Positions 18,843-29,037 of a stretch of 64,000 bases of DNA are shown here, in pieces. The stretch is from Dehalococcoidia bacterium (lineage in GTDB: Bacteria > Chloroflexota > Dehalococcoidia > Lucifugimonadales > VXLM01): the NCBI GenBank assembly GCA_963662435.1, contig OY759598.1, positions 1,520,507-1,584,506 of the forward strand, written 5' to 3'. A program made the position numbers and the translations under genes. The number at the start of each line of letters is the position of its first letter. Position 1 is the first letter of the stretch. Under the pieces are notes generated by a model. That model was given only the letters and a program-made list of their open reading frames with translations, was not told where the DNA came from and ran no database searches.

Positions 18843-20825
18843 ATGAGAGAACACGAGGTGCCGACTCATGTGCAGGCCGAGGACAGGGTTCTTCTGTGGT
18901 TCTCGTTTCCGCAGATCGTGGCGATCACGGCGGTCTGCGCGTTGTCCTACGGCGCGTACAGCTACGCGCCCGTAGGACCTACGGGCGCACGGATCGGGCT
19001 GTCCGTCGTCTTCGGAGTCGTGGGAATCGCCGGGATCGTGGGCAAGGTTGGAGGCAGGAGCCTGCCGCTCGTTGCCGCAGACCTTCTCAGGTACCGGCTG
19101 GGGGGGAGGCTCTATGCCGGTCCCGTTTCCGGATTGACGCGCAGCGAACCGCCGCCTGTTCCCGAGAACGCTCCCAACCCCCTGACGATGGTGGCCCGGA
19201 GAGCCGGGAGTGGCTCTCGCAGGATGCGGTTGATGGCGAGGCGCGGGCAGGCCGGGATGCGTCGCAACCGGGGACGGCGGCCCTTCCGACTTCACATGTG
19301 GTTCGGCAAGGGCCGAAGGCCCTTACCGACGAAAGGCGCATTGGTGGCGCGTCTGGGCGACGGGGGAAAAACCCTCAGGGCGCGGTGGGCAAAGTCCCGC
19401 GATCACGTCTCTCGCGGGGTGCGGTCCAGAGTCAATGAGGTGGTCGGCAGTCTGTCTTCCCCGGTCTTCCGGCGTACGCAAAATATCCCCGACGTGCAGA
19501 CGGAGAAGGAAGACGAGCGGAAGCTCCCCGCTCTCCCCGCCAAGACCCGAGAGCAGAGCGCTCCAGCACCCACCACGCCATACAAGAGATCGGGCCGCCG
19601 CAAGAGACGAAGGAAGGGCCGCGGATCAAGGGAGCGGCGACCGGAACGAAAGCTCGTGGGGGTCGTGCTGGCGTTCCTCGCCCTCACCATTGCCGCCATC
19701 GCGACTCCGCAGACGGTGCAAGCGGACGGGCACTGGCTCGACGACATCGACTACGAACCCGCCGAGCCCGTGCCGGGACGTCGGCTCTACTTCGAGGGCC
19801 TACACGTATCGAATGACCGAGCCGACGTCGCGCTCAGGGCGGCCACCGACCTGAAGCTGCGGGTGCGAGCCTACGGTGGGAGGGGAGGCAGCGCGTTGCG
19901 CTTCTTCGGCATCGCCAACGTCGCAGAGGGCGAGGCCATCTCCTACTCTCTGCCCCTGTCGGGCGAGCGCCCGTCCCTCACCTTCTCTTGGGAGGACGGA
20001 ATCGGACAGGCGGGCGCGTTCGCCATCGAGGGAGCGCAGCTCCCCTTTCCGCTGCCTGAGATCGGCGGTGAGATATGCGACCTACGTATCACTTCCCTGG
20101 ATTGGACGCTCGGAGCCATCGAGGGAGCGGTCGAGTCCGAGTGCGCGGTCGCCGTCGAGGAACTCGTCGAGCTCCAGACGGTGGCGGGACACGAGAACGT
20201 CACCGAAACGGCGGTGATGGAGGCCGAGGTTACTGCTGTAGCTGGGACGGTAGCCGTCATGTCCGGCGCGTCGCACGCGAGCGTCCCGTTCGTGCCTGAC
20301 GGCGAAACGACCTTTTCCCTTCCGGTCGCAACCGGCGAGGCAATTCACCCAGTGACCATCGGCGTTGATATGGAGGCCGCCCTCAGCGTCCCGATTCCCC
20401 CGCTCGTGACGCTCACGCACAGCCCGCAGAGGGCCGAGAACCGCACCGAGACGGTGACACTGCTGAGGCCTGGGACGACCGAGACCGTGAGCGAGACGGT
20501 GACGGTGACGCACGACGACGGGACGCGGACCCAGCACGTCGTATCGGCCACGCTTTCGATACCGAGCAGGACGGTCTACCGCGACGTGACCTTGACCATT
20601 TTGCACCCGGAGCGGGTCGAGGCGGAGGTCGCCGAGCGCGAGCCGATGACCCCGGTCAGGCAGGAGAGGCTGTCGCTGCACGCGAGCGTCGGGTCCGACG
20701 ATCCCTACGCGGTCTTCACTCCTCCGCAGCCCGAACCGGAGCCGGAGAGAGCCGATCAGAGCCCCCTTACCGACGAGGAGGCGAATATTTTGTTCGATCT
20801 CTGGGGATGGGGGAGGCCGTGGTAA
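18843..20825 (+). CDS. PrgI/VirB3-like N-terminus joined to a large probable extracytoplasmic domain
   Basis: HEVPTHVQAEDRVL.WFSFPQI plus two TMs, then an Arg-rich linker, a third TM and a beta-rich acidic region. Confidence 0.65.
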   Translation: MREHEVPTHVQAEDRVLLWFSFPQIVAITAVCALSYGAYSYAPVGPTGARIGLSVVFGVVGIAGIVGKVGGRSLPLVAADLLRYRLGGRLYAGPVSGLTRSEPPPVPENAPNPLTMVARRAGSGSRRMRLMARRGQAGMRRNRGRRPFRLHMWFGKGRRPLPTKGALVARLGDGGKTLRARWAKSRDHVSRGVRSRVNEVVGSLSSPVFRRTQNIPDVQTEKEDERKLPALPAKTREQSAPAPTTPYKRSGRRKRRRKGRGSRERRPERKLVGVVLAFLALTIAAIATPQTVQADGHWLDDIDYEPAEPVPGRRLYFEGLHVSNDRADVALRAATDLKLRVRAYGGRGGSALRFFGIANVAEGEAISYSLPLSGERPSLTFSWEDGIGQAGAFAIEGAQLPFPLPEIGGEICDLRITSLDWTLGAIEGAVESECAVAVEELVELQTVAGHENVTETAVMEAEVTAVAGTVAVMSGASHASVPFVPDGETTFSLPVATGEAIHPVTIGVDMEAALSVPIPPLVTLTHSPQRAENRTETVTLLRPGTTETVSETVTVTHDDGTRTQHVVSATLSIPSRTVYRDVTLTILHPERVEAEVAEREPMTPVRQERLSLHASVGSDDPYAVFTPPQPEPEPERADQSPLTDEEANILFDLWGWGRPW

Positions 20826-21130
20826 GGCGTTTAACGACACTGGCGGCCTCCGTCCTCGCGGCGCTCGTCTCACTGGGGGCTTCGCCTGCTGAGCTTGAGA
20901 TGCTTCACGCCTTCGACGAGGCGCTGTCGGGGATGGCCTACGCCGCGTCCGGCCTGTCGTTCTTCGCCATCGTGTGGGCGGGGTTCATGCTGATGGCGGA
21001 CGGGAGCGACGAGCGCGGATCGGCCACTGCGAAACGCGCCGTGATCGGAGCGGTCGTCGGGCTGGTGCTCGTGCTGTCAGCCAAGGGCGTGGCCCTCGCG
21101 CTGCGCGGCGGAATCGTGCCCATCCCGTAG
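20807..21130 (+). CDS. Second VirB2/TrbC-like pilin
   Basis: IVWAGF.LM..G......AK.AVIGAVVGLVLVL.A pattern. Confidence 0.65.
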   Translation: MGEAVVRRLTTLAASVLAALVSLGASPAELEMLHAFDEALSGMAYAASGLSFFAIVWAGFMLMADGSDERGSATAKRAVIGAVVGLVLVLSAKGVALALRGGIVPIP

Positions 21131-21149
21131 AGCCGAGGAGTAAAGAGAC

Positions 21150-23426
21150 TTGAAACCGACATCCACATCGAAGGAACGACTGGCGTCTGTTCTTAACAGA
21201 CTGCGTGGTCTCGCGTTCCGGCTCGGCATTGGCCGGTTCATGAAGAATGAATTGTCTACCTCACAGCCGGTCGCCGAGGCGAAGCCGCCTCCGGAGTTGT
21301 CGCCCTTCTTCATGGTTTCGCACATGGAGGACGACGCCATCGTGCGGCTCGACGGGGTGAAGGTGGCGGCGTGCGAGGTGATGGGTGTCGAGATCGACGA
21401 GCCGAAGCTCGGAGCCTTCGCGGGGGCGCTCAACGCCTGCGACTTCCCCTTCCAGCTCCTGATCAGACAGCACCCGCCGCGCCTCGGCGCACTGAGAGAC
21501 AGGCTCAAGGAGACCCAGCCGTCCGAACTGCCCCCGCAGACGAGAGCGGCCTCTGAGTCGCTCCAGCGTCTGCTCGGAGACCTTGAGTCCCGCGACGGCA
21601 TCCTCGACCGGCGCTTCTACGCCGTCTGCGAGTCCGGGCACGTCGACGAACTGCGCGGGTTGCTTGCGCGAGCGGGACTGTCCGTCCACGCCCTGAGCGA
21701 CCGCCAGCTACGAATGTTCTTCGTATCGACGGCCCTGGGCGGCTCGCCAGCCGAGTTCGACGGGAACGAAGAGATCGAGGTCGAGGTCAACCGTCGTGAT
21801 ATGAATATCGGCGATACTCTCGTCCGCTCGCTGCACCTCGGCAAGTGGCCCCGGTCACTTGCTCCCGGCTTCCTGCAGGGGCTGATGGCGGCGGGAGCAC
21901 CGATGGACCTGTCCATTCACCTCGGGCCGATACCGCCCGAGCAGGCGGCCCGCACCCTTGAGTGGCAGAAGGTCAAGTTCGAGTCGGCCCAGTCCCTGTC
22001 GCTCAAGCGTGGGCGGACGATGTCCCCGGAGGCGGAGATCGCGTTGGAGGACGTGACGCGCCTGCGCGACGAGGTGCAGCGCGGACGGGAACGGCTGTTT
22101 CACGCATCCCTGTCGGTCACCCTCCACGCGCAAGACGAGGACTCCTTGAAAGAAATAACCCAGCGGGCGAAGGGTCACTTCGCAGCCACCCTCGGGAAGC
22201 TGGACAACCTCGCCTTCCGCCAGCGCGATGGTTTCTTGTCCGGGCTACCACTCGGACTGAACGCCGTGGCGGTGTGGAGGACGCTGGACACTTCCAGCCT
22301 TGCGCGGCTCTTTCCCTTTTCTCCGCCCGACCTCGACACCCGGAGCGGCACCCTCTACGGCATCGACATGCGCGCCTGTTCCCCGGTGGTCTACGACCCC
22401 TGGGACGGGTCGCACCTCAACGCGAACACGGCGGTATTGGCCCGCTCCGGCTCGGGCAAATCGTTCTCGACCAAGCTCGGCGTGCTCAGAGGCCTGACGC
22501 GCGGCGTCACCGCCTACGTGATCGACCCGGAGGGAGAGTACGCGGACATGGCCCGCGCCGCGGGCGGCAGAGTCCTGTCTCCCGGAGTTCCCGGAGAGGG
22601 CATGAACCCCTTCGTCATCGACAAGGGAGACTCCGAGGAGCTTCTCCAGCGCATCGGCAGTCTGCGACGCCTCATCGAGGTGATGGTGGGTGAGCGTCTT
22701 TCCGCCGAGCGGCGAGCTTCGCTCGACCACGCCCTTGCGGGCTACTACGCCCGTCCCCGCGATAGAACCGGTTTCCTCGATTTCTACAAATATCTTCAAG
22801 AGGACGAGGCGGGAGACCCGGCCCTGGCAAGGCTGCTCCGGCCATTCGCCACCGGGAGCCTGAGACACCTGCTCTCCGACGAGGGAGACGACCTCCTCGG
22901 CAACGAGGCCCTCGTCACCGTCTTCGACCTGCGATTGTTGGAACCGGAACTGCGGCCCGCAGCCGCGATGGTCTGCACCGAGACGGTGTGGGCCGCCGCC
23001 GCGCAGGACCCAAAGCCCCGCCTACTGGTCGTAGACGAGGTGTGGAGCATCATGCAGCACCCCGAGGGCGCTGCCTTCCTCGTGTCGGTTGCCAAGCGGG
23101 CCCGCAAGCACCGGCTGGGTCTCCAGTTCATCACGCAGGACGTCCAGGACCTTCTGTCCGAGGACTCTTCGAGAGCGATCACGGGACACAGTGGGCGCGC
23201 CCTCCTCCAGAACGCCGCCTTCAAGCTCCTGCTCCAGCAGGATGCCGCGGCGATCAGCACCGTGGGAGACGCCTTCGACCTGCCGGAGGACCTCCAGCGA
23301 TGGCTTGTCTCCTGCCCTCGCGGAGACGGACTCCTGATTGCACGTGGACAAAAGTTCCCGGTACGCATCGAGGCGACCCCGGAAGAGACGGCGGTAATCG
23401 AGTGGCGGCCCGGCTATCACAGATAG
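21150..23426 (+). CDS. virB4: VirB4-family conjugation ATPase
   Basis: NANTAVLARSGSGKS, VIDPEGEY, LLVVDEVW, KRARK, ITQD. Confidence 0.9.
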   Translation: MKPTSTSKERLASVLNRLRGLAFRLGIGRFMKNELSTSQPVAEAKPPPELSPFFMVSHMEDDAIVRLDGVKVAACEVMGVEIDEPKLGAFAGALNACDFPFQLLIRQHPPRLGALRDRLKETQPSELPPQTRAASESLQRLLGDLESRDGILDRRFYAVCESGHVDELRGLLARAGLSVHALSDRQLRMFFVSTALGGSPAEFDGNEEIEVEVNRRDMNIGDTLVRSLHLGKWPRSLAPGFLQGLMAAGAPMDLSIHLGPIPPEQAARTLEWQKVKFESAQSLSLKRGRTMSPEAEIALEDVTRLRDEVQRGRERLFHASLSVTLHAQDEDSLKEITQRAKGHFAATLGKLDNLAFRQRDGFLSGLPLGLNAVAVWRTLDTSSLARLFPFSPPDLDTRSGTLYGIDMRACSPVVYDPWDGSHLNANTAVLARSGSGKSFSTKLGVLRGLTRGVTAYVIDPEGEYADMARAAGGRVLSPGVPGEGMNPFVIDKGDSEELLQRIGSLRRLIEVMVGERLSAERRASLDHALAGYYARPRDRTGFLDFYKYLQEDEAGDPALARLLRPFATGSLRHLLSDEGDDLLGNEALVTVFDLRLLEPELRPAAAMVCTETVWAAAAQDPKPRLLVVDEVWSIMQHPEGAAFLVSVAKRARKHRLGLQFITQDVQDLLSEDSSRAITGHSGRALLQNAAFKLLLQQDAAAISTVGDAFDLPEDLQRWLVSCPRGDGLLIARGQKFPVRIEATPEETAVIEWRPGYHR

Positions 23427-23449
23427 CCGTATAGGGAAGGACCCAGACC

Positions 23450-26032
23450 ATGAAACAAAGCCTGATCAGACGACTCTTCGGCGACGGCGAGGAAAAAGAA
23501 CCCGTCCTTCTGGCGGTCACGCCTCCGCGCACGGGGGAGCGAACGCTCCTCGGCGTCGAGAACATGCTCGCCTCCATCGCCGTGCCGGAGCCGTTCTCCC
23601 TCGAGCTTGCGGGCGACGCCGACGGGGTGACCCTCATGGCCCGATGCCTCGACGAGCAGGCCGTCAGGGCCCAGCTGTCCGCACACTATCCCCAGGCCCG
23701 CATTCACGTGGTCTCCGAAGAGGACGACCCGCTGGGTCTCGACGAGGGTGAGCAGGCGTGGAGCATGTCCCTCCGGTCGAACGGGCCAGACTACGCGCCG
23801 CTCAGGGTCTTCAGGGACGACGACCTGCTCGACCCCGGCTCCGATCCACTCATCGCCCTGATGGGAGCCCTGTCAGACCTGAAGGACGGCGAGCGCGTCG
23901 TGGCGCGTCTGCTGCTCCGCTCCCTCGGCCCCGACTGGGCGGAGGCCCACCAGGACAAGGGACACAGGCGCGCCGTGCCGGAAAAGCAAGAGTCGTCGTA
24001 CACCGGACAGGCCCGCGCCCACCGCACCGACGGCGTTACGATGGCCGTCCTCGGAGCGGCGGTCATGGTAGGTCTCAAAGGCTACCTGTGGGTGCGGGAC
24101 GGCGAGGCCTGGAAGGCCGTTCTCATGGGCGCTGGAATCTCCTTAGCCCTTGCCGTTGGAGGCTGGGCCTGGCATCGCTGGAAGAAAGCTCACTCCCGCG
24201 TCCACGACCCCATTCAGATACGCGAAAAAGTCTCGCGCATCGCCTTCGACGCCGAGATCGAGATCGTCGCCGTCCTGCCCGCAGGAGACCGGCTTAAACG
24301 AGCGAGCGAACTCCTCGAACAGGTGGCGTCGGCCTACCGCCACTACGACAACCCCGCAGGAGCGAGGTTCGACGCCGGCAAGGTCAGGCCCGCCGACCCC
24401 GCCGTCTCCCTACATCCCGCAGGCCCCGGACTCTTCGGCGGGCGTAGCATCCTCGGAGTCCGCGAGGTCGCCTCCCTGTGGCACCCGCCGGGAGCGCGGG
24501 ATGAGACACCCCTCGTGGAACGTTCGGGAGCCAGGACGCTCTTGCCCTCTGCCCGAGGCGTGAAGGGAGGAGCCCTTGTGGGCAATGCCTCTGCGGGAAC
24601 ACTACGCGAAATCCATTTCCCCGGCGACCTGCTCAGGAGGCACCACCTCTACGTCGCGCGTACACGCATGGGCAAGTCCACGCTCATGCAGCACATCGTC
24701 GCGCACAAGCTGCGCGAGAAGGCGGCGGGCAGGGACGGCGACGCCATCGTCGTCGTCGATCCCCACGCCGACCTCGTGTCCGGACTGCTGGAACACGTCC
24801 CCCTTTCCCTCGCGGACGGGGTCCGCCTCATCGACCTCGCCGACCGGTCCGGCGCTCCCGGCATCAACCTGCTCGACACCCGCGTCTTCGCGGACCGCGA
24901 TCGCACCGCCGACTCTGTGGTGCGCGTTGCGCGAGGGCTCTGGGACCAGTGGGGGCCGAGGATGCAGTCGATCCTCGAACAGACCGTAAAGACCCTCCAT
25001 GAGGCCAACGAGTCCATGGACGAAGAGGAGCAGTACACCATCCTCGACGGCCTGAAGCTCCTGTCGAACGACCCGTTCCGCAACAAGCTGTTGGAGAAGC
25101 TGAACGATTCGTATCTCATCGAGTGGTGGGAAAGGGATTTCAAGAACTGGCACCGCCAGTACAAGGCCGAGGCTCTCGCGCCGGTGCAGACGAGGCTCTC
25201 CTATTACGCCTCGTCCAAGAGGGCCAGGGCCATCCTCGGCCAGTCGCGCTCCACCATCGACCTGCGCAAGACCATCCTTGGCGGCGGGATACTCTTCGTC
25301 TCCACCGCGCAGGGGAGCGTGGGCAGGGACGTGGCAGCCCTCGTAGGCGCGTCGCTCCTGAACCTCGTGGACGCCGTGATCCGCGAGCAGGGCGACGTGC
25401 CGCCTGAGAAACGACGAGGAGCTCTGGTGGTAGTCGATGAGATGCAGTCGATGCCGGGCGTGGACTACGAGTCGATGCTCAGCGAGCTCGGCAAGTTCGG
25501 CGCGTCGTTCATCCTCGCCACCCAGAGCCTCGCAAAGCTCGACGACCTGTCCCCCACGATGCGGGACACGATCCTCGCGAACGTCGGGTGCCTTGCGGTC
25601 TTCCAGGTGGCCGCCTCGGACGCCCGGCACCTCGTCTGGGAGCTCGGCAAGGAGCGCGTGACCGAGGACGACGTGACGTCGCTTGCGGTGCACCAGTGCT
25701 ACGTGCGGGCGACGGTGGGAACGGAGCGTATGCCCGCCTTCTCCATGACCGTCAGAAAGCCCAACTCCGGAAATCCCTATACGGCGGAGCTCATCCGCCG
25801 GATCGCCGCCGAGTACACCCCCGATGCAGAGGATGACGAGGAGCGCAGGAAGCGCGTCCAGAGGTTCAAGGACGGCATGAAGGCCCTGAGGGACGCCGAG
25901 GCCGCGCCCGATAAGGAGGAGAGCGCCGCCGAACAACCTTCGGGATCAGGGAACAAGAAGCGTCGCTCGAAGTGGGATAAAGCAGTTGAGAAAGACGACC
26001 GAGACACTGAGAACGAGGAGAGCGCCGAATGA
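23450..26032 (+). CDS. virD4: VirD4-like type IV coupling protein
   Basis: Two TMs, HLYVARTRMGKST, VVDPHADL, VVDEMQ, LATQSL. Confidence 0.87.
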   Translation: MKQSLIRRLFGDGEEKEPVLLAVTPPRTGERTLLGVENMLASIAVPEPFSLELAGDADGVTLMARCLDEQAVRAQLSAHYPQARIHVVSEEDDPLGLDEGEQAWSMSLRSNGPDYAPLRVFRDDDLLDPGSDPLIALMGALSDLKDGERVVARLLLRSLGPDWAEAHQDKGHRRAVPEKQESSYTGQARAHRTDGVTMAVLGAAVMVGLKGYLWVRDGEAWKAVLMGAGISLALAVGGWAWHRWKKAHSRVHDPIQIREKVSRIAFDAEIEIVAVLPAGDRLKRASELLEQVASAYRHYDNPAGARFDAGKVRPADPAVSLHPAGPGLFGGRSILGVREVASLWHPPGARDETPLVERSGARTLLPSARGVKGGALVGNASAGTLREIHFPGDLLRRHHLYVARTRMGKSTLMQHIVAHKLREKAAGRDGDAIVVVDPHADLVSGLLEHVPLSLADGVRLIDLADRSGAPGINLLDTRVFADRDRTADSVVRVARGLWDQWGPRMQSILEQTVKTLHEANESMDEEEQYTILDGLKLLSNDPFRNKLLEKLNDSYLIEWWERDFKNWHRQYKAEALAPVQTRLSYYASSKRARAILGQSRSTIDLRKTILGGGILFVSTAQGSVGRDVAALVGASLLNLVDAVIREQGDVPPEKRRGALVVVDEMQSMPGVDYESMLSELGKFGASFILATQSLAKLDDLSPTMRDTILANVGCLAVFQVAASDARHLVWELGKERVTEDDVTSLAVHQCYVRATVGTERMPAFSMTVRKPNSGNPYTAELIRRIAAEYTPDAEDDEERRKRVQRFKDGMKALRDAEAAPDKEESAAEQPSGSGNKKRRSKWDKAVEKDDRDTENEESAE

Positions 26033-27687
26033 AGCCAGATGGATGCCTATACGAAACACTTCGCCTCTTGGCGTCGATGCCCTTCCTCGATCGCCTGGAG
26101 ATGGCCGCCGTTTCGGGGTGGTCGCGTGCGGCTGTCTACGAGGCCGTGAGGGAGCTGGAGGACGAGGGGCTCGCGGCCCCTGTCCCTTACGCGACCGACT
26201 TCACCCCGCTCACCGCGCGGTACTATCTCACCGCGGAAGGAGTGCGCCGCCTCGCGAGAGAGGGGGCAGTGTCCCTCGACGACCTGCTGCGCTCCCGTCC
26301 CGTCTCCCTCCAGTGGCGGGCCGTCATGCTCAAGCGCCTCGACGCCGTCGCCGTCGTCTACCGGCTCGTATCGGCGGTCGCCGAGGTCAACCGCCTTGAG
26401 CGCTTTCAGTGGTACCGGGCACTCCCAATGGATGCCGCCATAGAGCTCCCTGACCAGAGGACAGTCGCCGTCGTGAGATGGGGACGCACCCAGGACAGGA
26501 CGGCGTTCTCGAAGCGGATGCGGAGGGTTCTGGAAGGACCTTTTCCCGGTGGATTCCTCATGATCGTGTCCGACGACGTGCGGCTCAGGCACGCGCGCAG
26601 GCTGCTCTCCGGCGCTCCCGTTCCCGTCTTCCTGGCCGTGGAAAGCGACGCGGCGGCCGCAGGCCCGGTCGACTCAATATGGAGTCTTCTCGCATCCGGC
26701 GAGGCCGTCGACCTTCGGACGGTTATACAGGAGATACGTCCGGGCTCCGATCTTCCGGAGGAGCCGCCGCTCTCGCGGGTATCGCTTCCCTGGGACATGC
26801 CTGCAGGCGGTCCGGGGAGTGATCTGCCCGACCACGTTCTGCCCGCCATCCTCAAGTCTGCCGAGAAAAGAGCGCTCGACCTGCTCTCGGACTGGCCCTG
26901 GATCACCTTGAAGAATCTAGCAGACCTGCTGAACGTATCGGAGTCGAGGGCCTCTCAGGTGGTGAGCGGACTCGAAGATTTTCGAGTGGTGGCGCGTCTC
27001 GCTTCGGGGAGCCGCACCCGGCTCGTTCTCACCGACCGGGGACTCGCCGTCCTTGCACACAGGGACCGCGCCTCCCTCGCAATCGCCAAGAAACGCTGGA
27101 GCCTCGAGCCGAGCGACCCGGACGCCCCACTTGACTGGAGAAACCTCTCAGGTTCGAGGAGCAAGCAGCTGCTCAGGAACGTCGAGCACACCGGCGGCGT
27201 CCACGCCTTCGTCGCCGCCCTCGCGGAGCAGTCCCGAGCACTGGAATGGGAGATCGCGCAGCTCGACCCGCCGCACCGCGCTTCAAGGTATTTTCGTCAT
27301 GAAGGCAGCCTGCGATCCGTCCAGCCCGACGCCTTCGGCGTCCTCCGAAGGGGCCGCGCCGTCTGGCCGTTCTTCCTGGAGTGGGAACGCCGCGCCGTGC
27401 GACCGGCAACCATGGCGTCACGCATCGCACCCTACCTGCGCTACTACGCCTCACACCGGCCCGCCGACGATCACGGCCAGAGGCCCGCCGTCCTCGTCGT
27501 CTTCCACGACGACCTCGCTGCTACGCGCTTCCTCCGCGTGGTGCGGGAGGAGACGGACAGGACGGGAGTCACGCTCCCCCTTTGGGTCTCCCACCGAGGA
27601 CTCATGGAGAGGGCCGGGCCGCTAGGACCCGCATGGCTCACACCCGACGAATACGAACCCACCCACGCCGCGCCCGCGCACCCGTAG
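26029..27687 (+). CDS. Replication-relaxation (Replic_Relax-like) relaxase with an apparent internal duplication
   Basis: C-terminal half: EHT...QPDAFG...FFLEWER...Y.RYY. ATGA overlap with the coupling protein. Confidence 0.75.
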   Translation: MKPDGCLYETLRLLASMPFLDRLEMAAVSGWSRAAVYEAVRELEDEGLAAPVPYATDFTPLTARYYLTAEGVRRLAREGAVSLDDLLRSRPVSLQWRAVMLKRLDAVAVVYRLVSAVAEVNRLERFQWYRALPMDAAIELPDQRTVAVVRWGRTQDRTAFSKRMRRVLEGPFPGGFLMIVSDDVRLRHARRLLSGAPVPVFLAVESDAAAAGPVDSIWSLLASGEAVDLRTVIQEIRPGSDLPEEPPLSRVSLPWDMPAGGPGSDLPDHVLPAILKSAEKRALDLLSDWPWITLKNLADLLNVSESRASQVVSGLEDFRVVARLASGSRTRLVLTDRGLAVLAHRDRASLAIAKKRWSLEPSDPDAPLDWRNLSGSRSKQLLRNVEHTGGVHAFVAALAEQSRALEWEIAQLDPPHRASRYFRHEGSLRSVQPDAFGVLRRGRAVWPFFLEWERRAVRPATMASRIAPYLRYYASHRPADDHGQRPAVLVVFHDDLAATRFLRVVREETDRTGVTLPLWVSHRGLMERAGPLGPAWLTPDEYEPTHAAPAHP

Positions 27688-27705
27688 AGAGGTCTTTTTT
27701 GAGAC

Positions 27706-28011
27706 ATGCAACATCACGAATCACACGAAACATGCGAAACACACGGAATCAACAGGTCAAAAAACTCGCGGAGACCCCGGCGACGGGCAATAGTCCGCCT
27801 CGATGCGCGAGCCCTCTGGGACAGGCTCGACACGCTGAACCGCTCCCAGAGATGGCTCGCCCGAAAGATCGGCGTCAGCCCGGGATACCTTTCCATGCTG
27901 ATTGGGGAGGGACGGGCTCCCTCGGGACGCATCCGACGGCGGATGCAGAGGGCGCTCGGAGTCGAGGACTTCGGCGAGCTGTTCACCCTGGAGGAGTGCA
28001 ATGACGAGTAA
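27706..28011 (+). CDS. XRE-family HTH regulator
   Basis: SQRWLARKIGVSPGYLSMLIGEGRAPS. Confidence 0.8.
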   Translation: MQHHESHETCETHGINRSKNSRRPRRRAIVRLDARALWDRLDTLNRSQRWLARKIGVSPGYLSMLIGEGRAPSGRIRRRMQRALGVEDFGELFTLEECNDE

Positions 28012-28321
28012 CGAACCCACCCTGAACGACGGCCGTACGAACGGACTCACCGTACGAGGCCGCCCGGCTCCATACCTGAGCGCGGTGCTGCCCGACGACT
28101 TCGGACGCCGCATCGAGATGCTCAAGGAGGCCACCGGCCTTACCTGGACAGGCTTCGCCCAGGTACTCGGAGTCGACCGCAGGCAGGTGCTCAGGTGGCG
28201 CAAGGGCATCGAGCCCAGCGGGGGAGCCATGCGCGCCCTCTTCCAGCTCGCGAGCTGGATCGACGGCGGATCCGACATCCTCGGAGACAACGGTCTCCAG
28301 ATGGCCCTCTGGAGGGACTAG
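28001..28321 (+). CDS. XRE-family HTH regulator
   Basis: FGRRIEMLKEATGLTWTGFAQVLGVDRRQVLRWRKGIEP; RBS GGAGGAG. Confidence 0.8.
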   Translation: MTSNEPTLNDGRTNGLTVRGRPAPYLSAVLPDDFGRRIEMLKEATGLTWTGFAQVLGVDRRQVLRWRKGIEPSGGAMRALFQLASWIDGGSDILGDNGLQMALWRD

Positions 28322-28325
28322 AACC

Positions 28326-28601
28326 ATGCCCCGGCAACGACATCACTACCCGAGAGTCGAGTCCGCCTTCCCCGACGACTTTCCGCGGTGCCTTGAGCGA
28401 TTCATGGAGGCTGCCGGACTGTCGGCGAGCGAACTGGCCCGCCGGTTGGGAGTCAGTACGAACACCGTCAAGCGGTGGAGGAACGGGGTTCGTCCCACCT
28501 CCGAGCATCTCATAGCGCTTAAGGAGTTCGCGGACAGTCTCAACCTCGGGCACATGTTGCCCCTGGGGAGGGACCGGCGTCCTAGGCTCCCGGGCTTCTG
28601 A
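28326..28601 (+). CDS. XRE-family HTH regulator (paralogous to 28001..28321)
   Basis: PDDF...GLSASELARRLGVSTNTVKRWRNGVRP. Confidence 0.8.
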   Translation: MPRQRHHYPRVESAFPDDFPRCLERFMEAAGLSASELARRLGVSTNTVKRWRNGVRPTSEHLIALKEFADSLNLGHMLPLGRDRRPRLPGF

Positions 28602-28809
28602 GGAGTAGAGGGCTTCCTCTAGTCCCTCGCAGGTGAATATGACGATTGCATACCGCTCGCACTGAAGGACTTCGGACCGGGTTCCCATCGAAGCCCGCCG
28701 TTCCGAAAAAGTGCGACCAAGGGCGGCTCCCGAAGAAAAACCGACAGGGTGAGCGTAGGAGTCCCGTGCGCTCTGCGCTCAGGGCGTGGAATACCAAGAA
28801 CGGTGATAC

Positions 28810-29037
28810 ATGAAGGACGTAAACGGACAAAACAAGCCGAGAAACTCCTGCGCCGACTCCCAGGAACTGACGGTGGTAGGGATCGACTACAACGTTGGCC
28901 CGAACGCCGAGGACAGGCTCTGGCGGATCTTCACCATCCTCCTCAGGCACGCCAACAGGGACAGGCAGGCCACGACGAAGAAGGACGCTCACATCGACGC
29001 TGTGAATTGCAAAAACCATGCCGGGGAGGAAGCCTGA
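28810..29037 (+). CDS. Hypothetical protein
   Basis: 75-aa ORF whose stop overlaps the next ATG. Confidence 0.45.
   Translation: MKDVNGQNKPRNSCADSQELTVVGIDYNVGPNAEDRLWRIFTILLRHANRDRQATTKKDAHIDAVNCKNHAGEEA

Noticed and set aside
481..27000. Long antisense or alternative-frame ORFs (e.g. 481..1950, 3755..4948, 8292..9464, 14500..15414, 24602..25936)
   Set aside because: Shadow ORFs of high-GC genes that have clear motifs in another frame or strand.
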